From: a virus
Direction: 5' to 3' (one strand)
IMG/VR virus record: IMGVR_UViG_3300050015_000276
Location: 96,001 to 160,000 of that record
DNA length: 64,000 bases
The position numbers and the translations under genes are program-made. This document shows positions 1 through 8,438 of the stretch, piece by piece. Within the stretch, counting starts at the first letter, position 1. Each line of letters begins with the position of its first letter. The notes under the pieces were generated by a model, which searched no databases, had not been told where the DNA came from, and saw only the letters and a list, made by a program, of their open reading frames with translations.

Positions 1-5
1 TTTCC

Positions 6-743
6 TTGGCGGCATTGGTGCTGTGCTGTATGTGCTCAGTGTCTCAGGGCGCGATACGCTTTGTGGCGAGTGCTGTCGCACTTCGCTGTTCGCCAGCATT
101 CTGCACTGCGACCACATCCGGCATCGACACGACCGGCGCGACTTTGCTCGTGGTCGCAGTGCAGCAGTACGCTATGTCTACCACTGGCGGTTATGCGGTT
201 GTGGTTTCCGATTCCGTCGGCGGGTCCAGTAATACATGGACGGTCCTGACCAACTATGCGTCCAACGGCTCGGAGAACACCACGCTGTTCTACGCGGTTC
301 CCACGCACACAGGCAGCGGTCACACCTTTAGCGTGTACGGATATTACGCATCGCTTGTCGTGGGGTCGTGGTCTGGAACGCTCGCGGCGTCGCCGCTAGA
401 CGGCCAGGTTGGCTCGGGTAGTACGGGTGCTGTTGTGTCGTTTCAACCCGGCGCGCTGCTCCCCAGCGAAGACGGAGGCCTAGTTGTTGTGGCGGCCGTG
501 GCCAATGCGGGGACGGACACTGCGATTGCGGTGGATGGGCCGTTCGCTGACAATCTGTTCGCGGAGGATGAGTCAGGGCAAACGCTAGCCATGTCATACG
601 AGATTCAGACTACGGCCACATCCCGCAATCCAACTTGGTCCGGCCCAGGTAATTATGTTTATGCAGCAATCTCAGCAGTGTTTAAGCCAGCGGCGGGGGG
701 CGGCGGGCCTGCGCCGCGCCGGAGGGTGGTGATCGTACAATGA
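6..743 (+). CDS. Secreted Ala/Gly/Ser/Thr-rich hypothetical protein (probably 5'-truncated by the window)
   Basis: GC-rich ORF with a hydrophobic N-terminus resembling a signal peptide (AALVLCCMCSVSQG|A); beta-strand-rich; ends GGGGPAPRRRVVIVQ; ATGA overlap with the next gene. Confidence 0.6.
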   Translation: MAALVLCCMCSVSQGAIRFVASAVALRCSPAFCTATTSGIDTTGATLLVVAVQQYAMSTTGGYAVVVSDSVGGSSNTWTVLTNYASNGSENTTLFYAVPTHTGSGHTFSVYGYYASLVVGSWSGTLAASPLDGQVGSGSTGAVVSFQPGALLPSEDGGLVVVAAVANAGTDTAIAVDGPFADNLFAEDESGQTLAMSYEIQTTATSRNPTWSGPGNYVYAAISAVFKPAAGGGGPAPRRRVVIVQ

Positions 744-3598
744 GAGCAGCTTTCTTGTTGCTCGCCTGCGCGATTGTGACATGGGCGCAAACGCCGGCGC
801 ACACGCCGCACTATCCCAATACTTCAAACGGCCTCGTGATCTATGGGGCGATGCACCAGGAATCCTCGAATCTCTGGCCCTCCGTTAACACTTGGCTGGG
901 TGCGCACTTCGACTGGATCGTAGGCGGCCCCGATCAGTACATCGGCTGGCAAAGTACGGGAGACCCTCATGGGTCTTATCCGACTAAGACGTATTGGGCC
1001 GCTTACCAGGACATTCCTTCCCAGCGGCCTACGGAGATGTATCAGCTTCAGGAGTCGGCGGTAGCCAGCTCCTTGACGCTGGAGGATATGTTTCTGCACT
1101 CCAGCGTGGATATGGCGTACGCGAGCGGCCAGAGCTACACATCTCGAACGAGCCAGTTCGACTTCATGGAGCCCTACTACCAGAACACCGGGAATGTGTA
1201 CCAAGGAGGCGTCTTCCTCTACAACGGGAGCGTCTATACGGACGTGACCTCGGACACGTGGCTAGGAGGCGCCACGACGATCTCCAATACGCTTTGCGTT
1301 GGTTCCATGGAACCATTCGATCAGATGAACCTAGTCATGGTGACGCCGCGCGCTGGCGGAACGGTGACATACAAGTATTGGAATGGAACCGCTTGGAGCG
1401 TCTTGACGCCGAACTCGGACGGGACTTCCGGCCTCACGACAGCGGGCAAGATTTACTTCTACCCGCCCCCGGACTGGACGGCGCGTACCCTGCCCGTCAA
1501 GGAGACGACGCCAGTCGCGATCCCCGTGACCACTTCCAAGTTCTGGGTACAGATCGTGGTGTCTGGCGCCACCACCGCGCCGGTATACTCGACAATCAAA
1601 GGTGATGACTGGTCGGTTTCTTCGAGCGGAAATAACTCTCGGGGTTGGAGCGCCACCGATTCGCATCGTATCAACGTGGGGACGCGTCTGGAGTACAACC
1701 CCACTCCACCGGCGAACGCTTCCGCCAAGTTCCGCTACCAGGCCCGCATTACCGGGTACGGGCTGAACCTCGCGTATGGGAACCCGGCCAATGTGCAGCG
1801 GGGCGTATATTCCTGGGGTCGATACCTGGCCGACATGATTGATAGCCACATTTCCCCGAGCGCGGATTGGGCGCAGCGCACCGGGGCGTTGAGCAATAAC
1901 TACGATGGGGCGTTCTTCGACGACGCCGGGCAAACCCCACCGACTCCGACTACGCCAGCGAATGCCACGCAATACTACGACAACTACACCAACTCGGCCG
2001 CATGGGTTTCAGCCTGGGCGGGAGCCTACGCGCAGACTATCTCAGATCTCAAGACCAGACATGGGACGGCATTTTCGGTGAGCACTAATGGGTCGATCCC
2101 GTGGAGTCCCGATGGTGTTGCGACATTGGGCGATGCCTCCCTGGTGGAGTGGAACTATAGCGGAGCGGGTTCTCCGGCCACGTGGTCCCCCTACCCGACG
2201 TACGGCTACGGCGCAGGGACAATCTATTACGACTGGGGCCTTCCGGCGCACAACCCAAACAGCACGAAGTTTTATTTCCAGTGCATCGACAATTGGAGCC
2301 TCGGGTTCTCTTGGTCGTACCGGCTTGGCACGACGAATTGGCACTATGGAGACAGCGGAAATCGGACTCCGCTTATGTGCTTGGCGATGCACTATCTAGG
2401 GTGGAATTCGAACACGGGTTTCAGCTACGACGGCAGCGGCGCGACGTTTGCCAATTATAGCACCGTCGATCAGGTCTACACGTACCTTCCGGCAACAACG
2501 CTGACATCCCCGGTATCTCCGAACAATACGTCTTGCAACTGGGGAAGCCTCACGTGCGATGCGCGGACGGTAACGTTAGCGAGCGCCGCCGGCTGCGGAA
2601 CATACATCCGTCTCGGACCAACGACCGGCGGCGACGACGTCTACGCGCTGCCAGCCGGGGTTAAAGTGTACGTCTACGGACCTACCGACGTCACGAATGC
2701 CAGTCTCACTGGATCGGGACGAATCGCTTTGCAGAGCGGCCCTGCAAGTTGGGCGGGAAGCGCTTCGAAATTTGCGAGCCTGACCTTTGGCGGAATTACC
2801 CCCGTGGCCGGACAATCCGTGACGTGGCAGTACTGGAATGGAAGCGCGTGGGCAGCTCTTTCCATGACCTCCGACGCCACATCCGGCCTGACGACGGACG
2901 GAACGGTGTCCTGGACGGCTCCCAGCGACTGGGCCGCCACAACTATCAGCGGGACGACGGCGTATTTCGTGCAATGGACCATCACGACTTCTGGGCCGTA
3001 CTTCTACTACTCCACTCTGCGTTCCGCCGATTGGAAGACATTCAGCACTACATACCCGATCTGGAACTCTTACTCCTCCGGCGACTCGGCGTCCTGCATT
3101 CAACAGCAGCACTTATCCACCATGGCGGACCCGCCAGCGTCAAGCGTGTACAGTTGGACGCGCTGGTTCCCCGCCATGGGGGTGGATATCGGAACCCCCG
3201 ATCCAAGCGGCCTCAACGGCGGCGCGCGCATGGTCGAGGCTCCCTGGAAGAAGGGCGGCTCGCCGGATTACATTTCCGGCCAGAGCCATGGGACGTGCGA
3301 CGCGTCCGGCTGTTCGGACCTGTGGCGGCGCGATTTCACGCAAGCGCTCGTCCTGTTCCGCCCGTGGAAAAACACGCTTTCCGAGGCCGAACTAGACACG
3401 CCCTCGCAGTCCATCGCGCTCGGTGGGACCTACTACCCACTGAGCGCGGATGGAACGATTGGCGGCGGCGTGACCAGCGTGGCGCTCCGGGGCGGGGAGG
3501 GAGCCATCCTGATGAAGTCCGGGGGAGCGCCGCCGGTAGTGTCCGGCGGGGCGGGCTCGATCCGGGGGACTCGGATCACGGGCGTTGTGATCCGCTGA
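740..3598 (+). CDS. Large secreted protein, putative glycoside hydrolase (GHL15/PF14885-like TIM barrel) with two inserted copies of a beta module
   Basis: Signal peptide MRAAFLLLACAIVTWA|Q; motifs EDMFLH, YDGAFFDD, CLAMHYLG, GVDIGTP and LWRRDFTQALVLFRP resemble GHL15; internal repeat YWNG.AW..L...SD.TSGLTT.G.....P.DW. Confidence 0.55.
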   Translation: MRAAFLLLACAIVTWAQTPAHTPHYPNTSNGLVIYGAMHQESSNLWPSVNTWLGAHFDWIVGGPDQYIGWQSTGDPHGSYPTKTYWAAYQDIPSQRPTEMYQLQESAVASSLTLEDMFLHSSVDMAYASGQSYTSRTSQFDFMEPYYQNTGNVYQGGVFLYNGSVYTDVTSDTWLGGATTISNTLCVGSMEPFDQMNLVMVTPRAGGTVTYKYWNGTAWSVLTPNSDGTSGLTTAGKIYFYPPPDWTARTLPVKETTPVAIPVTTSKFWVQIVVSGATTAPVYSTIKGDDWSVSSSGNNSRGWSATDSHRINVGTRLEYNPTPPANASAKFRYQARITGYGLNLAYGNPANVQRGVYSWGRYLADMIDSHISPSADWAQRTGALSNNYDGAFFDDAGQTPPTPTTPANATQYYDNYTNSAAWVSAWAGAYAQTISDLKTRHGTAFSVSTNGSIPWSPDGVATLGDASLVEWNYSGAGSPATWSPYPTYGYGAGTIYYDWGLPAHNPNSTKFYFQCIDNWSLGFSWSYRLGTTNWHYGDSGNRTPLMCLAMHYLGWNSNTGFSYDGSGATFANYSTVDQVYTYLPATTLTSPVSPNNTSCNWGSLTCDARTVTLASAAGCGTYIRLGPTTGGDDVYALPAGVKVYVYGPTDVTNASLTGSGRIALQSGPASWAGSASKFASLTFGGITPVAGQSVTWQYWNGSAWAALSMTSDATSGLTTDGTVSWTAPSDWAATTISGTTAYFVQWTITTSGPYFYYSTLRSADWKTFSTTYPIWNSYSSGDSASCIQQQHLSTMADPPASSVYSWTRWFPAMGVDIGTPDPSGLNGGARMVEAPWKKGGSPDYISGQSHGTCDASGCSDLWRRDFTQALVLFRPWKNTLSEAELDTPSQSIALGGTYYPLSADGTIGGGVTSVALRGGEGAILMKSGGAPPVVSGGAGSIRGTRITGVVIR

Positions 3599-3640
3599 CA
3601 AGCGTATGAAGGGATTTATGTTAAGCAAACTTACGATGAG
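3598..3640. other. Abrupt GC-rich to AT-rich compositional junction
   Basis: Composition changes within ~20 nt after the stop codon of the 952-aa ORF. Confidence 0.9.
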
Positions 3641-3687
3641 TTGTCAATCCTTATAAAGAGTTAATAAATTAGTATATTAAATTCTTA

Positions 3688-3733
3688 ACTTAAAGTTGGA
3701 CTCATAAATATATTTATGAGTCCAACTTTAAGT
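3688..3733. repeat. Perfect 46-bp palindrome overlapping the gp3 late promoter and start codon
   Basis: ACTTAAAGTTGGACTCATAAATA|TATTTATGAGTCCAACTTTAAGT, no spacer. Confidence 0.95.
3703..3710 (+). promoter_or_regulatory. T4-type late promoter motif (CATAAATA)
   Basis: Matches the gp55-recognised TATAAATA-like motif just upstream of the gp3 ATG. Confidence 0.6.
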
Positions 3734-4294
3734 GGTATTTATACACGTCAACAAAAAAATGTAAATCCTTTATTACCAAATAAATTTACATTTATGCTCA
3801 CCAAGTTACCAGAATTATCAATGGCAGCTACAAGCTGTAATATTCCTGGTATTACTTTGCCAAATTGGAAACAATTGAGTCAATTTAATCCCATTCCACG
3901 ATCCGGTCTTAATCTTGAATATGAAGATTTAGAAGTCCGGTTCATTGTTGATGAAGATTTCAATAATTGGAGTGAACTTAATAATTGGATGAGATTGATG
4001 GCACTCTCAAAAGATAGTACTGAATATCAACAAGTAAAATTAGAACAATTACAACCTGGTCCTGAAGGTGGATTAGTATCAGATGCCCAAGTTGTTGTTC
4101 TCACTAACCAATCAGTTGCTAATATGGTATTTTACTTTCGTGATGCTTTCCCAGTTTATCTCAGTGAAATAGCTTTAACAAATTCAACAGATGATCCTAG
4201 TGTAATCGAATGTGTTGTACGTTTTGCCTACTCATACTACGAGTTCGAAAATGTTAATCCAGAACCATTAGACCCAACAGAACAGTCCTCATAA
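3716..4294 (+). CDS. gp3: Tail completion/sheath stabilizer protein (T4 gp3-like)
   Basis: N.L.PNKF.F.L..LP, NIPGITL and L.YEDLEVRFIVDEDF.NW motifs; syntenic upstream of uvsY-uvsW. Confidence 0.8.
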   Translation: MSPTLSGIYTRQQKNVNPLLPNKFTFMLTKLPELSMAATSCNIPGITLPNWKQLSQFNPIPRSGLNLEYEDLEVRFIVDEDFNNWSELNNWMRLMALSKDSTEYQQVKLEQLQPGPEGGLVSDAQVVVLTNQSVANMVFYFRDAFPVYLSEIALTNSTDDPSVIECVVRFAYSYYEFENVNPEPLDPTEQSS

Positions 4295-4302
4295 ATAGTT
4301 TT

Positions 4303-4494
4303 ATGAATGATATTTTATGGATTGTTTTTAAAGTTTCTGAAGTGGTGGAGTTTCAAGGTGTTTTTGAAAATGAGAAAGATGCTATTGACGCTTGCCGTGA
4401 TGAACGATATTGCATTGGTCCGGTAAAATTAAATGTTTCATTACCTGATAAGTGTGAAGTATGGCCTGGTTCTTATTTTCCAAAACAATTATAA
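4303..4494 (+). CDS. Hypothetical protein
   Basis: ORF in operon orientation, preceded by CATAAATA. Confidence 0.6.
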   Translation: MNDILWIVFKVSEVVEFQGVFENEKDAIDACRDERYCIGPVKLNVSLPDKCEVWPGSYFPKQL

Positions 4495-4508
4495 TTATGG
4501 AGTAATAA

Positions 4509-4946
4509 ATGAATCTTAAAGAATTGCAAGATAAGATTAAAATTGATTTAAAAATACAAAGCGATGAACTAGTATATGAATCTGTGAGAACACCTGATCT
4601 ACATAATGAATATTCCAAAATATACATGTCTGAAAAAATGGCCTTTAAAAAGCTAGAACGTGAATATGACATCTTATATCTCCAACAGTGGGAATATTAC
4701 AGAAAAAAGGCACCAGAAAGTTCCTATGTTGCAAAACCTCTATTAAAGAAGATATTGGATTCTGATATTAAAATTTATCTTGCGGCAGATCCTGAAATGC
4801 AAGAACTTAGAGCCCAAATAGATTCAAAAGAAGAAATAGTTGATTTATTGAAGCGTGCCTTAGACCAAATATCCAACCGACAATGGATTATTCGTAATTC
4901 TATTGAATATCTAAAGTATCTTGGAAATGAAAAGGGCCCTGCATAA
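4509..4946 (+). CDS. uvsY: Recombination mediator UvsY
   Basis: TPDLHNEY, YLAAD.E, LK.ALDQISNRQW.IRN.IEY motifs; GGAG RBS. Confidence 0.85.
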   Translation: MNLKELQDKIKIDLKIQSDELVYESVRTPDLHNEYSKIYMSEKMAFKKLEREYDILYLQQWEYYRKKAPESSYVAKPLLKKILDSDIKIYLAADPEMQELRAQIDSKEEIVDLLKRALDQISNRQWIIRNSIEYLKYLGNEKGPA

Positions 4947-5059
4947 ATTAAAAATAACGCATTTTTATTCAATTTTAATTAAATACACAGTAAATTACCC
5001 CGTGTTTGTATAAACAATTCACTGGTGAGTCTAGGAATGTCAAGGAAAGTACTTTTATA

Positions 5060-6595
5060 ATGTTGCCTGAAAACACAATAATGGTCCGTAAGAAAAACGA
5101 AACCTATTTAGAAGTTCTTGCGGTCGATTCTATTATGATGACCCTCCGTGATTTTTTCAGTTTCTTTGTACCTGGTCATCAGTTCATGGAGAAATTTCGT
5201 AAAAAATTCTGGGATGGTAAAATTTATCTTCTGAATAGAAATAATGGTGAATTGTATTGTGGTCTCCTCCAACATTTGAAGGAATTCGCACGTCAACATG
5301 AATATGAAATTGTATATACAGATGGTGATCTGGATATCGAAGAAGAATTTTCTATCCAAGAAGCCGAAGACTTTGCAACCAAGTTAAATCTTCATGTAAA
5401 ACGTATAGAGGATGGTAAAGAAGTTTATATACCTATCACGCCACACGATTATCAAATAGCCGCTTTCAGACATGCAGTACAAACAAAACGGTGTTTGTTA
5501 TTATCTCCCACTGCTTCCGGAAAATCTGCCATTTTATACCTTCTCATTCGCTACTATCAAGAACAAATAGAATCAAATCGTAAGATTTTACTTATTGTTC
5601 CTACAGTAAATTTGGTAAGTCAAATGTATACGGATTTTGGTGAATATTCTTATGATAATACCTGGGATGTACGAAATGAAGTACATATGGTTTATCAAGG
5701 AAAAGAAAAAGGATCCGAAAAACAAATTATAATTTCCACATGGCAATCATTATATCAATTACCTCTTTCTTATTTTGAACAATTTGACGTGATCTTAGGT
5801 GATGAATGCCATCTTGCCAAAGCACAATCTATTTCATCAATGTTACAAAAGTCCTATAAAGCCCAATATCGTATAGGAACTACAGGAACTCTTGATGGAT
5901 CAAAATGTAATAAATTAGTTTTGGAAGGACTTTTTGGTAAGGTATATAAAGTAACCACAACTGTACAATTACAAGAAAAAGGTACCTTGGCACAAATGAT
6001 GATTAATTGTTTGATGCTTCATTATCCTGAAGATGTTTGTAAGAAAATGAAAGGTGCCAAATACCAAGATGAGGTTTCTTTTATTGTTGAACACGAAGGA
6101 CGAAATAAATTTATTCGAAATCTATCACTTTCACTAAAAGGAAACACATTAGTACTTTTCAATCTCGTTGAACGCCATGGAAAAATATTATACGAAGACA
6201 TTTTAAACCATGCCAAAGATGGTAGGAAAGTTTTCTTTATTTCAGGAAAGGTTGATGTTGTAGACCGAGAATTATTCCGTAAAATTGTCGAAACTGAATC
6301 CGATGCCATTATTGTGGCGAGTCTGGGAACATTTTCTACTGGTGTAAATCTCAGAAATCTTCACAATATTGTGTTGGCATCACCATCTAAATCTAGAATC
6401 CGTGTATTGCAGAGTTTAGGACGAGGATTACGTCTTGGAGAAACTAAAGACACCTTATATCTTTTTGACATATCAGATGATCTCCAATATAAAACATATA
6501 AGAACCACGGACTAAAACATTTTCTTGAACGGATGAAAATTTATAACAGCGAGAAATTTTTGTATAAAATCTACAAAGTGAGATTAAAATCCTAA
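5060..6595 (+). CDS. uvsW: SF2 DNA helicase UvsW
   Basis: WDGKIYL, SPTASGKS (Walker A), DECH, QSLGRGLR. Confidence 0.92.
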   Translation: MLPENTIMVRKKNETYLEVLAVDSIMMTLRDFFSFFVPGHQFMEKFRKKFWDGKIYLLNRNNGELYCGLLQHLKEFARQHEYEIVYTDGDLDIEEEFSIQEAEDFATKLNLHVKRIEDGKEVYIPITPHDYQIAAFRHAVQTKRCLLLSPTASGKSAILYLLIRYYQEQIESNRKILLIVPTVNLVSQMYTDFGEYSYDNTWDVRNEVHMVYQGKEKGSEKQIIISTWQSLYQLPLSYFEQFDVILGDECHLAKAQSISSMLQKSYKAQYRIGTTGTLDGSKCNKLVLEGLFGKVYKVTTTVQLQEKGTLAQMMINCLMLHYPEDVCKKMKGAKYQDEVSFIVEHEGRNKFIRNLSLSLKGNTLVLFNLVERHGKILYEDILNHAKDGRKVFFISGKVDVVDRELFRKIVETESDAIIVASLGTFSTGVNLRNLHNIVLASPSKSRIRVLQSLGRGLRLGETKDTLYLFDISDDLQYKTYKNHGLKHFLERMKIYNSEKFLYKIYKVRLKS

Positions 6596-6596
6596 T

Positions 6597-7019
6597 ATGA
6601 CCATGAATGAAGAAATCACAAATGAAATCCTCAATTTACTTCCATGTTTTACAGAAGATGAATTGCATAATCTCCGAGCCATTAAATTAAATAATGGTAA
6701 TGATATTATTGGCTGTATTCTCACAATAGATTCGGAAAAATTAATTGTCAAGAGGCCTTGCCAAATATTCCGTATTTCTGATGAACATAATAACGTTTCA
6801 TTATTATTAACAAAATGGCAACCATTTTCCGATGATATCAATTTTGTTATTTCCAAAATATCACTTGTTACATATTGTAAAGTTAATGATTATATGAAAG
6901 AATCATATATCGATACTATACAAAAACAAATAGAAGATGATAATATTCCTAAAACCATTAATGATTTTGGCTGGCCAGCCAGGATTGGCCAATCCATCGA
7001 TTTATCAAAAATTAATTAA
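6597..7019 (+). CDS. Conserved T4-like hypothetical protein (Sm-like fold candidate) between uvsW and gp55
   Basis: IKLNNGNDIIG and KWQPFSDD motifs; conserved position. Confidence 0.6.
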   Translation: MTMNEEITNEILNLLPCFTEDELHNLRAIKLNNGNDIIGCILTIDSEKLIVKRPCQIFRISDEHNNVSLLLTKWQPFSDDINFVISKISLVTYCKVNDYMKESYIDTIQKQIEDDNIPKTINDFGWPARIGQSIDLSKIN

Positions 7020-7159
7020 AGAGAAAATAGAAACCACAATGCTCCTGCTGCAAGTGCCAATATACCAAAGAAAACAAATAAGGCTCCAAATACATATGTG
7101 AAACCTTTCTTCCAACCAAAAAGGAATACTGCCACAATTAATGCAATCAGGATCGTCAT
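7016..7159 (-). CDS. Small hydrophobic membrane protein (47 aa; not in the ORF track)
   Basis: MTILIALIVAVFLFGWKKGFTYVFGALFVFFGILALAAGALWFLFSL; AGGAG RBS upstream. Confidence 0.65.
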   Translation of the reverse strand: MTILIALIVAVFLFGWKKGFTYVFGALFVFFGILALAAGALWFLFSL

Positions 7160-7371
7160 AATAAATTTCTCCTAAGGCCTTTAAGGTTCTTAAAGGTTTA
7201 AAGAACTTTAAATAACCTTTATCAATAGGCTACACAAGCATTGTAGCATGTGTCAAGCTGGAAAGCAAGTGTTTATTTTAGAAAATGAATGAAATTGCTG
7301 TAAGTTATTGAAAACAAAAGAAAGATAGTTCCGAGAAATATTGTGGATTATAAAAATATTTTATAATATAC

Positions 7372-7400
7372 TTGATTTCCTGTAGTAATCGTGCTATAAT
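7372..7400 (+). promoter_or_regulatory. sigma70-type promoter for gp55
   Basis: TTGATT-17-TATAAT with TG extension. Confidence 0.65.
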
Positions 7401-7443
7401 AGAACAATAACAATTAGTCCCTCAGAGGCTATGCAAGGATTAC

Positions 7444-8091
7444 ATGGCATTAAAAAACACCAAACATTATGTTGACAACACCCTTTTCTTAGAGGCTCTT
7501 AAAAAATATTTACCATTGTTGAAAACTCTTAGAGTCGAACACACCAAGGTATGTAAGAAATTGATAAAGCAAGGAACATCAGAGGAAGATTTGCCTTCAT
7601 TTGTTAGACCACAAACACCAGATTACAATTATATTGGTGAATGCCTGATGAAGATTGCTAACCATCTATCATATAGTCCAAAATTCTTTCCTAATTTTAA
7701 TAACCAAAGTCTCCGTGAGGAAATGATTGGTGACGCATTAGAGAATGCTATTAAATGTTTGGAGAATTTTGATGTTAAAAAATATAAAAATCCTTTTGCT
7801 TATTTCACTCAGGTGATGTGGTATTCATTCTATAGAACAATAACTGAGGAATCTTATCATTCTTATATTAAACAAAAGAGTTTGGCGAGTGCTATTGAAT
7901 TCTTTTCAACACAAAATGATGATGATGGAGAATATAAAAATACATATGTCAAATTCTTAAGAGAACATCAAAATGATGTGATTGTTGATTTCGAGAAAAG
8001 AAAAGAAGATAAGAAAAAGGCTTCTATATCAACAAGGACTCGTAAGAAAATAGATAATCCTGGTATTGAAAAATTTATGGTGGTTGTATGA
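7444..8091 (+). CDS. gp55: Late transcription sigma factor gp55
   Basis: HYVDN..FLEAL, YIGECLMKIANHLS, NFD..K.KNPFAYFTQ. Confidence 0.92.
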   Translation: MALKNTKHYVDNTLFLEALKKYLPLLKTLRVEHTKVCKKLIKQGTSEEDLPSFVRPQTPDYNYIGECLMKIANHLSYSPKFFPNFNNQSLREEMIGDALENAIKCLENFDVKKYKNPFAYFTQVMWYSFYRTITEESYHSYIKQKSLASAIEFFSTQNDDDGEYKNTYVKFLREHQNDVIVDFEKRKEDKKKASISTRTRKKIDNPGIEKFMVVV

Positions 8092-8438
8092 AATTTAATG
8101 ATGTTGCCGATATTTGTTTAATAGTAGAAGAAATATTAGGAATTGAACCGATCAAAGTATTACATTTCTTATCCAAAGAAACTGATATGTGTATGTCAAC
8201 TTTCGATTTTGCATATGATATTATTACAGATAAGAGTACAAGTTATAAAGGAACAATAAATTCTAATATTTTACGGCGTCAAAAATCACCAAAAGGAAAT
8301 TGGGTTAATATAGATGGAAATAAAGAACAAAATTTAAATGCTCTTGATATGGCTCAGAAATATGGATTGTCGCCTCATTATTTTCGTTTAATTTTACGTG
8401 GAGAAAAAGAAACATACAAAGGTTGGCATCTTGAATAA
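8088..8438 (+). CDS. Hypothetical protein with C-terminal NUMOD1-like DNA-binding motif (possible homing endonuclease remnant)
   Basis: C-terminus AQKYGLSPHYFRLILRGEKETYKGWHLE; very AT-rich. Confidence 0.45.
   Translation: MKFNDVADICLIVEEILGIEPIKVLHFLSKETDMCMSTFDFAYDIITDKSTSYKGTINSNILRRQKSPKGNWVNIDGNKEQNLNALDMAQKYGLSPHYFRLILRGEKETYKGWHLE

Noticed and set aside
23-3628. Many overlapping alternative-frame and antisense ORFs in the GC-rich part
   Set aside because: Expected by-products of high GC inside two long coherent ORFs; no recognisable motifs.
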